Below are positions 26,779-37,250 of a stretch of 64,000 bases of DNA, one piece after another. Each line of letters opens with the position of its first letter. The first letter of the stretch is position 1. Both the position numbers and the translations under genes were made by a program. The stretch is taken from the NCBI GenBank assembly GCA_964391315.1, contig CAYMJR010000001.1, positions 141,983 to 205,982 of the forward strand. Direction: 5' to 3'. The stretch is from an uncultured Gammaproteobacteria bacterium. GTDB lineage: Bacteria; Patescibacteriota; Microgenomatia; Levybacterales; UBA12049. The notes beneath the pieces are model-generated. The model was not told where the DNA came from and made no database searches. It saw nothing but the letters and a program-made list of their open reading frames with translations.

Positions 26779-28560
26779 ATGTGCGGAATATTCGGTTATA
26801 TCGGCCCTAAAACCAACACGTCACAACTTATTTTTGAAGGACTTAAAACCCTTGAATACAGAGGATATGACTCGTGGGGCATTGCTGTCAAACATGATGG
26901 CAAACTTAAAATGGAAAAAGAAATTGGTAAACTTCCCACCTCTCCTAAAACATCAATCTTAAATCTTCAATCTACCATCGGTATCGGTCATACCCGGTGG
27001 GCAACCCATGGTGGCGTCACCGTCACCAATGCGCACCCCCACCTTGATTGCACAAAACAAATCGCTATCATACACAATGGAATTGTTGAAAACTTTCAGG
27101 AAATTAAAGAGGAACTGCTTGCAAAAGGTCACAAATTTGTCTCTGAAACAGATACTGAAGTCATTGCCCACTTGCTCGAGGACTATGCTGCAGCTTGCAC
27201 CAATCTCCAGGAAGCTATGATACTAACGTTCAACCGCCTTCGAGGTCTCAACGCAGTTGTTGCTCTTAATTCTAAAACAAATGAAATTGTCGCTGCCAAA
27301 AACGGCTCCCCTCTTTTGGTCGGTATTTCAGAAACACCCGGCGAATACTTCCTTGCTTCAGATGCATCAGGCATCATCAAACACACAAAACGGGTCATTT
27401 TTCTTGAAGACAAACAGCTAGTAAGCCTCTCTTCTGAGTTACACCTCTTCTCTCTTCCAGAAGGACAGGAAATTGAGCCACAAATTCATACACTCGATTG
27501 GGATTTCACTGAGGCAGAAAAAGGTAGCTTTTCTCATTTCCTTCTCAAAGAAATTCATGAACAACCAAAAGTCATTGAACAAATCGCACTCACCTATACT
27601 GATTCCACCAAAAATTTAGCTGAACTGATCGACAAAGCGTATGGCACATTTATGCTTGGTTGTGGTACTGCTTCATATGCAGCCCTGTCAGGAGTATATC
27701 TTTTCTCAAATATTGCCAAAAGACATGTCAATTTCTCAATCGGCTCAGAATTTAATTACATTGAAGATTATGTCAAACCCCAAACACTTGTCATCCCGAT
27801 CAGTCAATCTGGTGAAACAATTGACGTCGTCGAACCAGTCCAGAAAGCCAAGGCAAAAGGAGCACACATTGCTGCTTTAGTAAATGTTCTTGGTTCAACA
27901 ATTTATCGACAGGCTCATTACAAAATTCTTCTTGGTGCAGGACAGGAAAAAGCAGTTGTCTCAACAAAAGCATTCATGGCAATGTTCGCAATCCTTCTCA
28001 TGACAGCATATTCACTGATTGATAAACAAGAATCAGCCCAAAAGCTGCTCACTGCTGCAAGCGAGGATATCACAAAAATTCTTCATGAGGATAACGTCAA
28101 ACAGATCAAACAACTCGCAGAAAAACTCAAAAAGAAAGAACATATCTATATTTTAGGCCGCGGACTTTCCTACGCGACTGCTATGGAAGCAACATTGAAA
28201 ATCAAAGAAACAGCTTATGTCCATGCAGAAGGATTTGCTGGAGGAGAACTCAAACATGGAGTCATTGCTCTTATTGAAAAAGGAACACCATGTATTATTT
28301 TTGCACCAAATGACGAGACGTATGATGAGATTATCTCAAATGCACAGGAAGTACGGGCACGCGGTGGACTTATCATTGGAATTGGACCACGAAATAATAA
28401 AGTCTTTGATCATTTTCTTGAAACAGGTAACAATAAAGAAGCAACACTTCTCTCACAAGTTGCTATTGCGCAGCTTCTCGCCTACTACTTAGCACTTGCT
28501 CGAGGCATTAAAGACCCAGACAAACCACGAAATCTGGCTAAATCAGTAACTGTTAAATAG
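26779..28560 (+). CDS. glmS: Glutamine--fructose-6-phosphate transaminase
   Basis: MCGIFG, GHTRWATHG, SQSGET, KPRNLAKSVTV. Confidence 0.97.
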   Translation: MCGIFGYIGPKTNTSQLIFEGLKTLEYRGYDSWGIAVKHDGKLKMEKEIGKLPTSPKTSILNLQSTIGIGHTRWATHGGVTVTNAHPHLDCTKQIAIIHNGIVENFQEIKEELLAKGHKFVSETDTEVIAHLLEDYAAACTNLQEAMILTFNRLRGLNAVVALNSKTNEIVAAKNGSPLLVGISETPGEYFLASDASGIIKHTKRVIFLEDKQLVSLSSELHLFSLPEGQEIEPQIHTLDWDFTEAEKGSFSHFLLKEIHEQPKVIEQIALTYTDSTKNLAELIDKAYGTFMLGCGTASYAALSGVYLFSNIAKRHVNFSIGSEFNYIEDYVKPQTLVIPISQSGETIDVVEPVQKAKAKGAHIAALVNVLGSTIYRQAHYKILLGAGQEKAVVSTKAFMAMFAILLMTAYSLIDKQESAQKLLTAASEDITKILHEDNVKQIKQLAEKLKKKEHIYILGRGLSYATAMEATLKIKETAYVHAEGFAGGELKHGVIALIEKGTPCIIFAPNDETYDEIISNAQEVRARGGLIIGIGPRNNKVFDHFLETGNNKEATLLSQVAIAQLLAYYLALARGIKDPDKPRNLAKSVTVK

Positions 28561-28564
28561 AATC

Positions 28565-28593
28565 TTGGCAAGCTCACCGGAATATGGTACAAT
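28565..28593 (+). promoter_or_regulatory. Promoter upstream of secE
   Basis: TTGGCA-17 nt-TACAAT with extended TG. Confidence 0.55.
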
Positions 28594-28634
28594 AGCTATT
28601 GACAACCCTGGTAAGGGGTTTTTAGTATTTAATA

Positions 28635-28817
28635 ATGACAGTGCCCATAAAATTCTTTCGTGAAACATATGATGAACTCAAACTCGTCAAATGGCCAACT
28701 CGTCAGAATGTCATTAATCTTACCGGCGTTGTTATTCTAATCAGTATTCTGATCGGACTGTATATCGGAGGCCTTGATTATTTATTTACAAAATTAACTG
28801 AGCTAATCATAAAATAA
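28635..28817 (+). CDS. secE: Preprotein translocase subunit SecE
   Basis: ELKLVKWPTR plus one TM; precedes nusG. Confidence 0.93.
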   Translation: MTVPIKFFRETYDELKLVKWPTRQNVINLTGVVILISILIGLYIGGLDYLFTKLTELIIK

Positions 28818-28818
28818 T

Positions 28819-29406
28819 ATGGATAAAACACAAGAACCAACAACAGAAGCAAAAGTAGAAACACCAGCAGCAGATCACTCTGCAGCAGGAAAATGGTACA
28901 TTATCCACACCTATGCAGGTCATGAAAATAAAGTTGCCCGTTCTTTGAAACAAAGAATGGAAGCAATGGGTTTTGCTGATCGCATTTTTGATATTGTTGT
29001 TCCTACCCGCAATACAATTAAAGTTTCACAAGGTAAAAAAGAAACAGTAAAAGAAAAGATCTTTCCAGGCTATGTTCTGGTCAAAATGATTCTTGATGAT
29101 GAAACCTGGTTCTTAGTCCGCAGTACTGAAGGCGTTACTTCTTTCATTGGTGCAGGCAACAAACCAACACCTATTTCAGACCAAGAAGTTGAAGCTATCC
29201 AAAAGTTCATGAATCAGGAAGAACCAATGTATAAGGTTGCTTTCTCAGTTGGTGAAGCAGTCAAAATCACCGATGGTCCTTTCACAGACTTTTTGGGAAC
29301 AATTGATTCAATTGATGAAGCACGAGGCAAAGTACATGTCTTGGTAAGTATTTTTGGTCGCGAAACACCAGTTGAACTAGACTTCCTGCAAGTAAAGAAG
29401 ATCTAA
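28819..29406 (+). CDS. nusG: Transcription termination/antitermination factor NusG
   Basis: [22 protein letters not shown] domain [13 protein letters not shown]. Confidence 0.97.
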   Translation: MDKTQEPTTEAKVETPAADHSAAGKWYIIHTYAGHENKVARSLKQRMEAMGFADRIFDIVVPTRNTIKVSQGKKETVKEKIFPGYVLVKMILDDETWFLVRSTEGVTSFIGAGNKPTPISDQEVEAIQKFMNQEEPMYKVAFSVGEAVKITDGPFTDFLGTIDSIDEARGKVHVLVSIFGRETPVELDFLQVKKI

Positions 29407-29410
29407 CCCT

Positions 29411-29830
29411 ATGGCAAAGAAGATTAAAACACTTATAAAATTGAATATTCCAGCAGGTGCAGCAACTCCTGCACCACCAGTTGGTCCAGCTCTTGGTCAG
29501 CATGGACTTCCTATCATGGAATTCGTGAAGGCATATAATGACAAAACAGCCGACCAAAAAGGCAATATCCTGCCTGTTGTCATTACCGTCTATGAAGATC
29601 GTACCTTTACCTTTATTACCAAAAAACCACCAGTCGCTGAAATGATCAAAAAAGTTCTTGGTAAAGCTGGTAGCCAAAAACCAGGTAAAGAAAAAGCAGG
29701 AACCCTGACAATGGATCAAGCACGAAAAATTGCAGAAGATAAATTGGAAGATTTGAATACTGATGATGTAGAAATGGCTGTCCGCGTTGTCGCTGGAACA
29801 GCACGATCAATGGGAGTAGAAGTTAAATAA
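29411..29830 (+). CDS. rplK: 50S ribosomal protein L11
   Basis: [22 protein letters not shown]. Confidence 0.97.
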   Translation: MAKKIKTLIKLNIPAGAATPAPPVGPALGQHGLPIMEFVKAYNDKTADQKGNILPVVITVYEDRTFTFITKKPPVAEMIKKVLGKAGSQKPGKEKAGTLTMDQARKIAEDKLEDLNTDDVEMAVRVVAGTARSMGVEVK

Positions 29831-29833
29831 CCT

Positions 29834-30673
29834 ATGGGAAAAATAAGAATTAAAGCACTCGGAGACGAGCAACAAGAAAAAGTAGATCAGAAAAAAGCTG
29901 AAGCTCGTACTGCAGCAAAAAAAGCACGCGAAGAAGCTGAAGCTCGAAAAGCTGCTGCTGATTCCACAGCTGCACCTGTTGAAGAAGGTACAAAAGAAGA
30001 AACTCCAGCAGAAGAGAAAAAATCGAAGAAAAAGGCAAAGTTTGTCAAATCAAAAAAACAAACCCACTCTGATGCATATCTTAAAGTTGCAACCAAAATT
30101 GAAGCTAATAAAGTGTATAAACTTCAGGACGCATTGACCCTTCTTCCAGAATTGAAAGTCGCAAAGTTTGATGAAACAGTAGAACTTCACATCAATACAA
30201 CAGAAAAAGGTATTTCAGGCGCTGTTACTTTGCCACATGGCACAGGAAAATCAGTCCGTGTTGCGATTGTTGATGGAGCAGATGCAAAAGCAGTTGATGA
30301 GCAAGTCAAAAAGATCGAAACAGGACAAATTGATTTCGATGTCTTGATTGCAACTCCTGATGCAATGCCAAAACTTGCTCGTGTTGCACGTATCCTTGGT
30401 CCAAAAGGTTTGATGCCAAATCCAAAAAATGGTACAGTCACACCAAAACCACAAGAAGTTGCAAAGAAATTTGAAGGCGGCCAGATGAACTTCAAAACTG
30501 AGGCTAAATTTCCTATCCTTCACCTTTCAGTTGGAAAAGTTTCTTTCGGAGACAAAAAACTTTCTGACAATATCAAAGCAGCAGTCGCAGCAGTTAATGT
30601 TAAAAAAATCAAAGACGTAACCCTCAAATCAACCATGTCCCCTGCTATTAAACTTGACGTAGCAAGCCTCTAA
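29834..30673 (+). CDS. rplA: 50S ribosomal protein L1 with charged N-terminal extension
   Basis: KFDETVE, LPHGTGK, LGPKGLMPNPKNGTVT. Confidence 0.95.
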   Translation: MGKIRIKALGDEQQEKVDQKKAEARTAAKKAREEAEARKAAADSTAAPVEEGTKEETPAEEKKSKKKAKFVKSKKQTHSDAYLKVATKIEANKVYKLQDALTLLPELKVAKFDETVELHINTTEKGISGAVTLPHGTGKSVRVAIVDGADAKAVDEQVKKIETGQIDFDVLIATPDAMPKLARVARILGPKGLMPNPKNGTVTPKPQEVAKKFEGGQMNFKTEAKFPILHLSVGKVSFGDKKLSDNIKAAVAAVNVKKIKDVTLKSTMSPAIKLDVASL

Positions 30674-33600
30674 TCGTTATTTTTTCTCTTCTCTTTACCT
30701 TTTGTTCTTACCAGTGCATAAATAAATGGTAATGGCAATAAAACAAATCCAATATATTCCAAATATTGCGGCCAGAAAATTAGTGTCACCTGTAAAGGCG
30801 TTTTCTTATCTAAAACTTCTGCGAGTCTCCATCCATTCGCCCAATTATTGACCACAATGTGGTCCTTGATCTCATGACCAAACACCATTGGTAGCATTCG
30901 TGAAAGCCAATTATCAGTAACATATGCCTTCCAACTGGCATCATAACTTTGAAATAGTACCAACACAGATGTGTCAGAAACATTTGCTTTATCCAAATCA
31001 ATTGAATAACGATAGCCAACAGGATGATTTACAGACTGAATTACATGAAGGTTTGTTGTAGAAATCGTGGGATTCTGTGTTTGAACTACCTTCATCTCCT
31101 TCAAAAAGTTATATGGCATTGGATAAACAATAACTTCTGACAAATCATTCACAGATTGCTGTTTACCTATTGATACATCATCAAAATGCAATACATACCC
31201 TACGCCATCAGAAGCCATAGGTGGAATGACAAAATATTCCCAACCAAATGAATTCTGTTTACTAAGATAGATCTGTGGATCGGCTCGTTTTTCTATCAAA
31301 TTTTCAACCCAAAAACTCAAAGAATTCCCTGAAAAATGCCGACTTTTAACAGCAACCAAATACCCAAATATCTGAGGAAAATCTTGTAAAGAAATAACAC
31401 GACAAGTCTGTGCATTGGTAGAACTCAATCGAATAAATTGTGTACCGTTTGTATCTTTTTGCACAACCTGATTCCATTGTTTATCATTTCCTTTCGTTCC
31501 CCTCTCACAGGTAACTTCACTCCCTATTGACTGTTGGGTACTACTATCATAACTGCCGTAACGGTTATCCCGTGGAATGCCGACCTCCATTGTACCGTTT
31601 ATTACTGAAGAAACTGATGCGACAGCTATCGGATGATCATTATTGATAAGTTGGGGAATACTTTTTGTTTGATGAAGATTTTTTGGGTCAAATCTGATGA
31701 ACTCACCGTTGGTATCTTGTGGCATGATAAGTTTTCCTTGTGACACTTTTTGTTGGAAAATAAATGCGCTTGGAGTTGCTGTAACATGATATGAAATATA
31801 ATTACTTCCCCGGCCGCTGAAAAGAGAACGGAAAGGATAATACACATCTGCGCTCCCCTTCTGAACAACGACATAATCGCCAAAATCTCGATATGCATTA
31901 TCTTGTCCTAACCAATTTGTGTTCGTCTCAATAGTTTGAGGATTATTAACGACCGAAATATAATTATTATTTTCAATGTTCGTCTCATAGAGAGCAATCG
32001 AACCAAATATTTTTACTTTATGAAGCTGTGGATCATCCGCAATAAAATCTTTTTGTCTTAAAATGGTAAAAACAGAATTTGGATTATCAGGAAAATACAA
32101 AGCCGAATCAAACATTACATAGGAAATATCATATTTGCGAAGAACTGCATGAAAAAGCGAGTAATCACGCTTGTTAAGTGCATAAACCATTTCCCAATAA
32201 TACTCTTCATTCTTGTCATTCCAGACATCAAATGTGCGATTAAGCATAGATTGGCTAAATCCGTGCCATAAGAAACCTGACCCTGTATATCCCCATTGAT
32301 AACTCATCCATCCCCATATCGGTCCCTGAGGAAGATCAGCAATCCGCTTTGTGGAGTCCTGATGATTCATGTAGTTAAAAAAATCAAAATAATATTGAGG
32401 AATCTGTACCCTCATCTTATTGGCAATAAAGTTTCCTGAAAAAATAGGAAGCATATATATAATGAGTAATCCTCCGATAATCATAGCTCCGACAAAAGAA
32501 AGAGGTTTGGTGATTTTTGCCGGAATTAGCCTTGAAAGAAGTACTATTCCTTCACTAAATCCAACTGCAAAAACAAAAATCGTCGGCACGATAAATTTGG
32601 TAAACGGATCTCGGAGCACCTGATTAACAATATTTATTTGTCGAAAAAACAGATTGACTTCGCGGGCTATTGGAACTTGATTGGCGAGAATGAAAAAACA
32701 AATTAGTGCAAGTCCGGCAACAAATCCTCGTTGAGATCTGTTTGCAGCAATCCCTAAAAGAGCGATAAGAAAAAATAGGTATCCTATGATCGGGATAACC
32801 GGATGAGCAAAATAGTCATGCCATGATTGGAGTAAAAATTGCGTATTGTTAACCGTGAAATTAAGGTAACCCCAAGGTTTATTCCTAAAAAGCATAAAAT
32901 CTGCTACATTCCCAAATTGCTGTACTGTTTGTAAGGTCTGATCTGTTGTTAAGGTATTCATTGACGCAGCCTGTTGCACAGATGAATGATTGGTTAAAAG
33001 CCACGACAAATGGGGAAAAAACCAAAATGCATTAACAAAAATAAAAATAATAAAGGCAGTGATGATAATTTTAAGCATTCCTTTTGTTCTCGTGGCAATA
33101 AATTGCGTGAATAAAAGGAATAAAAAGATTACTAAATAGACATAAAAAATAGTTTGGAGGAAAAACGACGGCATTGCCAGGAAATTAATGAGAGCAAAAA
33201 TGATGACATTTTTTGGTGTCGGATTATGTACATACCGTAATGTTCCAAACATGAGCCACGGGAACGCCGCCCAAAAAGAAGAAAAGGGTTCAAATGGAAC
33301 CATAAAATATTGCACTGTCCCCAAATTAAAAAGATAAAAAAGTGCTCCAAATAAAGCTGCGTACTGTCTGATTTTTCCTTTAGGACCAATAAAAAATGTT
33401 TTTATTGCAACATACGTTCCGACTGTTCCTACAAAAAGCATCAAAAAATGAAAAAGATATCGGATAATACTGGTTGGTAAAACCAATGAAAAAATCCATA
33501 TCAGCAATAAACGTGGAACATCAGCAGCATCATTAACACCGATAAAGGTTCCTGTCGCTTCGTACTCTTGCCAGACTGAGGCAATTGATCTAACTAAATT

Positions 33601-33738
33601 GCCGAAAGGATTAAATTCCGAATGAAGATCATCCCATCCTGACAAGAAAGTTCCTCGATGATAGTTAGTAAAAACGATGCTCAGTGTTGCTAACAATAGT
33701 ATTGCAACTACAAAAAATGTCCTTTTATTTTTTCTCAT
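30670..33738 (-). CDS. Large polytopic membrane protein, GT-C/AftD-like glycosyltransferase
   Basis: About 12 N-terminal TMs, large extracellular domain, LFQSY..W..NNWANGW and C-terminal TM; follows two GT genes. Confidence 0.6.
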   Translation of the reverse strand: MRKNKRTFFVVAILLLATLSIVFTNYHRGTFLSGWDDLHSEFNPFGNLVRSIASVWQEYEATGTFIGVNDAADVPRLLLIWIFSLVLPTSIIRYLFHFLMLFVGTVGTYVAIKTFFIGPKGKIRQYAALFGALFYLFNLGTVQYFMVPFEPFSSFWAAFPWLMFGTLRYVHNPTPKNVIIFALINFLAMPSFFLQTIFYVYLVIFLFLLFTQFIATRTKGMLKIIITAFIIFIFVNAFWFFPHLSWLLTNHSSVQQAASMNTLTTDQTLQTVQQFGNVADFMLFRNKPWGYLNFTVNNTQFLLQSWHDYFAHPVIPIIGYLFFLIALLGIAANRSQRGFVAGLALICFFILANQVPIAREVNLFFRQINIVNQVLRDPFTKFIVPTIFVFAVGFSEGIVLLSRLIPAKITKPLSFVGAMIIGGLLIIYMLPIFSGNFIANKMRVQIPQYYFDFFNYMNHQDSTKRIADLPQGPIWGWMSYQWGYTGSGFLWHGFSQSMLNRTFDVWNDKNEEYYWEMVYALNKRDYSLFHAVLRKYDISYVMFDSALYFPDNPNSVFTILRQKDFIADDPQLHKVKIFGSIALYETNIENNNYISVVNNPQTIETNTNWLGQDNAYRDFGDYVVVQKGSADVYYPFRSLFSGRGSNYISYHVTATPSAFIFQQKVSQGKLIMPQDTNGEFIRFDPKNLHQTKSIPQLINNDHPIAVASVSSVINGTMEVGIPRDNRYGSYDSSTQQSIGSEVTCERGTKGNDKQWNQVVQKDTNGTQFIRLSSTNAQTCRVISLQDFPQIFGYLVAVKSRHFSGNSLSFWVENLIEKRADPQIYLSKQNSFGWEYFVIPPMASDGVGYVLHFDDVSIGKQQSVNDLSEVIVYPMPYNFLKEMKVVQTQNPTISTTNLHVIQSVNHPVGYRYSIDLDKANVSDTSVLVLFQSYDASWKAYVTDNWLSRMLPMVFGHEIKDHIVVNNWANGWRLAEVLDKKTPLQVTLIFWPQYLEYIGFVLLPLPFIYALVRTKGKEKRKNND

Positions 33739-33752
33739 AATTTAATTATGTT

Positions 33753-35015
33753 TTATCTCTCAAGAAGTGATAAATACATTGTCCCTATTTTCTGAAATGA
33801 TCGTGTCTGTGCAAGTGCTTTCTCTATCCGAATCAATTTTTGCATATACTGTTTATCGAGTATTGTACGTTTTATTGTGCGATCAAGTGATTCAGTATTA
33901 AAGGTAAAGCTGAGATCTTCAACGTTCAATTGTTCCTGTTGCAACAAAGTATGAAAATCTTCTGTTTGAGTAATTGACTCCATGAAGGCAGATATGAGAA
34001 TTGGTTTTGCATAAGAAAAAGCCAGAGACAATGGACCACTTGCAGAAAATATCGTCCGATAAGGATAAATCAAACAATCAGCAGCTTGATAGTAGAGTGC
34101 AATAGTATCTTCCGGTATATAGCCTGTGATGGTAATCCTTCCGTTACTTTGCCGTGCAATTTCTTGTACGGTTTCAATATACGTTCGATAAAATGAGAAA
34201 GAGAGTCGATTAGGATTTGCTCCTCCGGCGATAATCAAACGAATTTTTTTATTTTCTATAAATTCAGGCAATTGATTAATAGCATCAACCAACCAATCTG
34301 TCCCCTTATACCATGCCATATAACCAAAATTTACCAAAAGAAACTCATCTGAGTCTATCTGTAATGTTTTTCGCGCACTTTCTCTGGTTACTGTGGAATT
34401 TACTGTTTCAACACCATGAGGAATAACAACTATCTTATTCGTCTTCTGTTGCAGTGAATCTTTCAATACTTGATCAAAAACGACAACCCGTCGAGAAAAA
34501 AGAACAAGAAGTTTATAAAACAAACTGAGAAATAGAGTACCAACTGTATTTATCAAAGAACCTTCCTTTGTATTGATATGCCCCCGCACAGCTTCTAAAT
34601 CGGTAATCACATGATGAACGATCACTGTTACCTTTTTCCCACTCAAACGAAGTAATAAAAGAAGTTTGAGAAAAAAAAGTAATCCGAGACTCCCTCCAAA
34701 CATTGCAAGTTCAAATGCGATAAAAACATCTTTTGCAGGAGATGAAATCGCCTGCTTCCAAAGAGTAAACCACGAGGGAATATTATTCCGCTTCCAAATA
34801 CGTTTTACTACTATCCCCTCATCCTGATATTCATGTTCCTGCCCTGTTAATTTCTCAGCTAAGACCGTAATTTCGAGCTCTTTATTTTCCTGCTTCGCAG
34901 CTGCAATCATTCCTAAAAGGGTATTTTTGGTATAAGAAGCAACACCGACAGTCTGTTTTCCGTGGACCAGTCCCCTTTCAGGAAAGCTGGAAATAACGAG
35001 GAGCTCTTTCTTCAT
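33753..35015 (-). CDS. Glycosyltransferase family 4
   Basis: IPHGV, FGYMAWYKG, ADCLIYPY..SASGPL.LA. Confidence 0.85.
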   Translation of the reverse strand: MKKELLVISSFPERGLVHGKQTVGVASYTKNTLLGMIAAAKQENKELEITVLAEKLTGQEHEYQDEGIVVKRIWKRNNIPSWFTLWKQAISSPAKDVFIAFELAMFGGSLGLLFFLKLLLLLRLSGKKVTVIVHHVITDLEAVRGHINTKEGSLINTVGTLFLSLFYKLLVLFSRRVVVFDQVLKDSLQQKTNKIVVIPHGVETVNSTVTRESARKTLQIDSDEFLLVNFGYMAWYKGTDWLVDAINQLPEFIENKKIRLIIAGGANPNRLSFSFYRTYIETVQEIARQSNGRITITGYIPEDTIALYYQAADCLIYPYRTIFSASGPLSLAFSYAKPILISAFMESITQTEDFHTLLQQEQLNVEDLSFTFNTESLDRTIKRTILDKQYMQKLIRIEKALAQTRSFQKIGTMYLSLLER

Positions 35016-35806
35016 CGTAACCGCGTAAGCGCTACGTTATATTTTACACCAATTGAGGTGTTTTTTGCTGTTGCGTGACGGATACGAATTAACAATAGCT
35101 CAAGCAAACTCTGTGGAGCTGCTACCCAGACAGTAACTTTCGAACCTTTTTTATCACTCCAGATAACAGGAATTTCACAAATTGATAGTTCAATTCGCCT
35201 TGCCAGAAAAAGGGCTTCTGAATCAAAACTCCAACCGTTTGCAGTGATTCGAGAAAATATTTTTTCTTTTGCCTGTTTGGAAAAGACTTTAAATCCACAG
35301 GTAAAATCGGTTACCCACGTATTTAAAATCACATTTGAAAGATAGGTAAAGACTTTTCCAAATACTTCCCGGTATTTAGGCTGATGAACAACGACAGTTG
35401 AGTGTCCATTTTTTCGCGTCCCGACAATAACATCAATTCCTTCTTTCATCGCAGGAAGAAACTTTTTTAACTCGGTAAGTTGCACTGACATATCAGCATC
35501 CAAAAAAAGCGTGTAGTCAGAGTTTGATTCCTGCATGCCTGTTTTGACGGCAAATCCTTTACCGCAATTTTGTGGATAAGTAATTATTGAGATTGATGCG
35601 TGAAGTTGCTTTTCAATTGTTTTGACCCCATGTTGAATCTTCGCAATAGTTGTATCAGATGAGCCGTCATCAACAAAAATAATCTTCTCAAGCTTGATTT
35701 CCTGTGGTACAACCCACTTTGAAAGCGCTCGTAACGCATTGGATACCCGTTTTGCTTCATTATAGACTGGGATAACAAGAGATAATGTTGTTGCTGTACG
35801 TTTCAT
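35012..35806 (-). CDS. Glycosyltransferase family 2 (polyprenol-phosphate glycosyltransferase-like)
   Basis: VIPVYNE, VDDGSSD, GKGFAV, DAD, DFTCGFK, FDSE. Confidence 0.9.
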   Translation of the reverse strand: MKRTATTLSLVIPVYNEAKRVSNALRALSKWVVPQEIKLEKIIFVDDGSSDTTIAKIQHGVKTIEKQLHASISIITYPQNCGKGFAVKTGMQESNSDYTLFLDADMSVQLTELKKFLPAMKEGIDVIVGTRKNGHSTVVVHQPKYREVFGKVFTYLSNVILNTWVTDFTCGFKVFSKQAKEKIFSRITANGWSFDSEALFLARRIELSICEIPVIWSDKKGSKVTVWVAAPQSLLELLLIRIRHATAKNTSIGVKYNVALTRLR

Positions 35807-35830
35807 ATGCTTAAGAAAAGATAGACACGA

Positions 35831-37147
35831 TTAGCAAGTAGGCGCTGTTGGTTTAGGAGCACCAAAAAGATGCGTTTTAACATTTTTTTGATCAGGCTCA
35901 GTTGCTTCAAGATTGACTTGCTGTACATAAGCAACCTGACCATTATATTGTCGGTCTCCTGCAGTCATTTGATCCTTTGAAATCCAGAATGTAGCACCTC
36001 TGACAAAGACATTATCATTATTAGGAGTGCCATCTGTTCCATCTTTTACCCAAGCAAATGCATCCCGCATCCATCCGTTAACAGGATTCCCATCAATTTT
36101 GACATCTTGATATCCTTGTACTACGGCATTATTTTCAAACATTGAAAGATCAACTCTGTGATGGACACCAGGTCGTGAATCTTCAATTAATTTTATCCCA
36201 CCATACTGAACAAAACGGTAATGTGAAGCATCTTTAGTATATGCATCAGTCCCCACTAAAGTAGCAAATGCTTGTAATGCCTTTTGCTGTTCTGCTATTG
36301 AAGAAGGTATTTGAGGAATATTGAGTCTTGAAGTTGGATTTGAAGCATCAACTGTTTCACAAGCAATGAATCCATCTGGATTAAATCCAACTGCATGTAT
36401 ATCAACATTTTTTTGATCAGGCTCAGTTGCTTCAAGCTGTACTTGTCCTTTGTATCCTTCATTTCCTGCTTGTGATAATTCTTGAGGAGTCAATTTATGG
36501 TCATATACCCAAACAGTTGCCTGTCTAAAGTGGAATGAGTCTTCTCCGACGACAACATATGCATCACGGGTAACGTCTGTACCGCTATCACCATTCCAAA
36601 TATTGCGATATCCCTGAACCATAACTTGATCTTTCACATCCTTCATAGAAAGATTAACATGTTCTCTTCCATATGAATTACTTGGGATATCAAAAACTAA
36701 TCCGCCATCCTTGGTAAGATGCCAGTGAGTTGGATCTTGCAACCACTTTTCATCTCCTGCGAGATTGGAAACAGCCCATTGCTGTCCTTCTGCTTCATTG
36801 TCAAACTTCCTGAGGTTTAACCCAGCCTTTTGATTATCTGCACTTCCTTCAGGTTTTGGTGTAGCACTAGCACTTGGTGAGTGTGATGCATCAGGACTTG
36901 CTGATCCACTTGTGAATCTTGGCTTTTCAAGAGAAGGTGAACTACATGCTACTAGAGCGCCACCTGCAGCTACTCCTGCTGCTGTCCTCCCTAGGACTCT
37001 ACGAGTTATTTTTCTATTAAGTAGTTGAACTAACAATGAACTTCCTGTGTCTACAGTTGCTGATCTACCTTGCTGAGAAGCTGTTCCAGTAGCGGGTTCA
37101 ACTGCTGGTCTAACATCTGTTTGTCTAGTTCTTCTTTCTTGTATCAT
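35831..37147 (-). CDS. Putative lipoprotein with twin-arginine-like signal and internal duplication
   Basis: TRRVLG..ALVAC lipobox; two copies of VQGY..RDA..LEATEPDQKNV. Confidence 0.65.
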   Translation of the reverse strand: MIQERRTRQTDVRPAVEPATGTASQQGRSATVDTGSSLLVQLLNRKITRRVLGRTAAGVAAGGALVACSSPSLEKPRFTSGSASPDASHSPSASATPKPEGSADNQKAGLNLRKFDNEAEGQQWAVSNLAGDEKWLQDPTHWHLTKDGGLVFDIPSNSYGREHVNLSMKDVKDQVMVQGYRNIWNGDSGTDVTRDAYVVVGEDSFHFRQATVWVYDHKLTPQELSQAGNEGYKGQVQLEATEPDQKNVDIHAVGFNPDGFIACETVDASNPTSRLNIPQIPSSIAEQQKALQAFATLVGTDAYTKDASHYRFVQYGGIKLIEDSRPGVHHRVDLSMFENNAVVQGYQDVKIDGNPVNGWMRDAFAWVKDGTDGTPNNDNVFVRGATFWISKDQMTAGDRQYNGQVAYVQQVNLEATEPDQKNVKTHLFGAPKPTAPTC

Positions 37148-37250
37148 ATTATTTTATCATTAATTATCTTATAATTTTTATTTTTAAATTATTTGACGAT
37201 TTAAAATCTATTTTATCGATACTATCAAGCGTCCTATATCTTGTCAAGTC

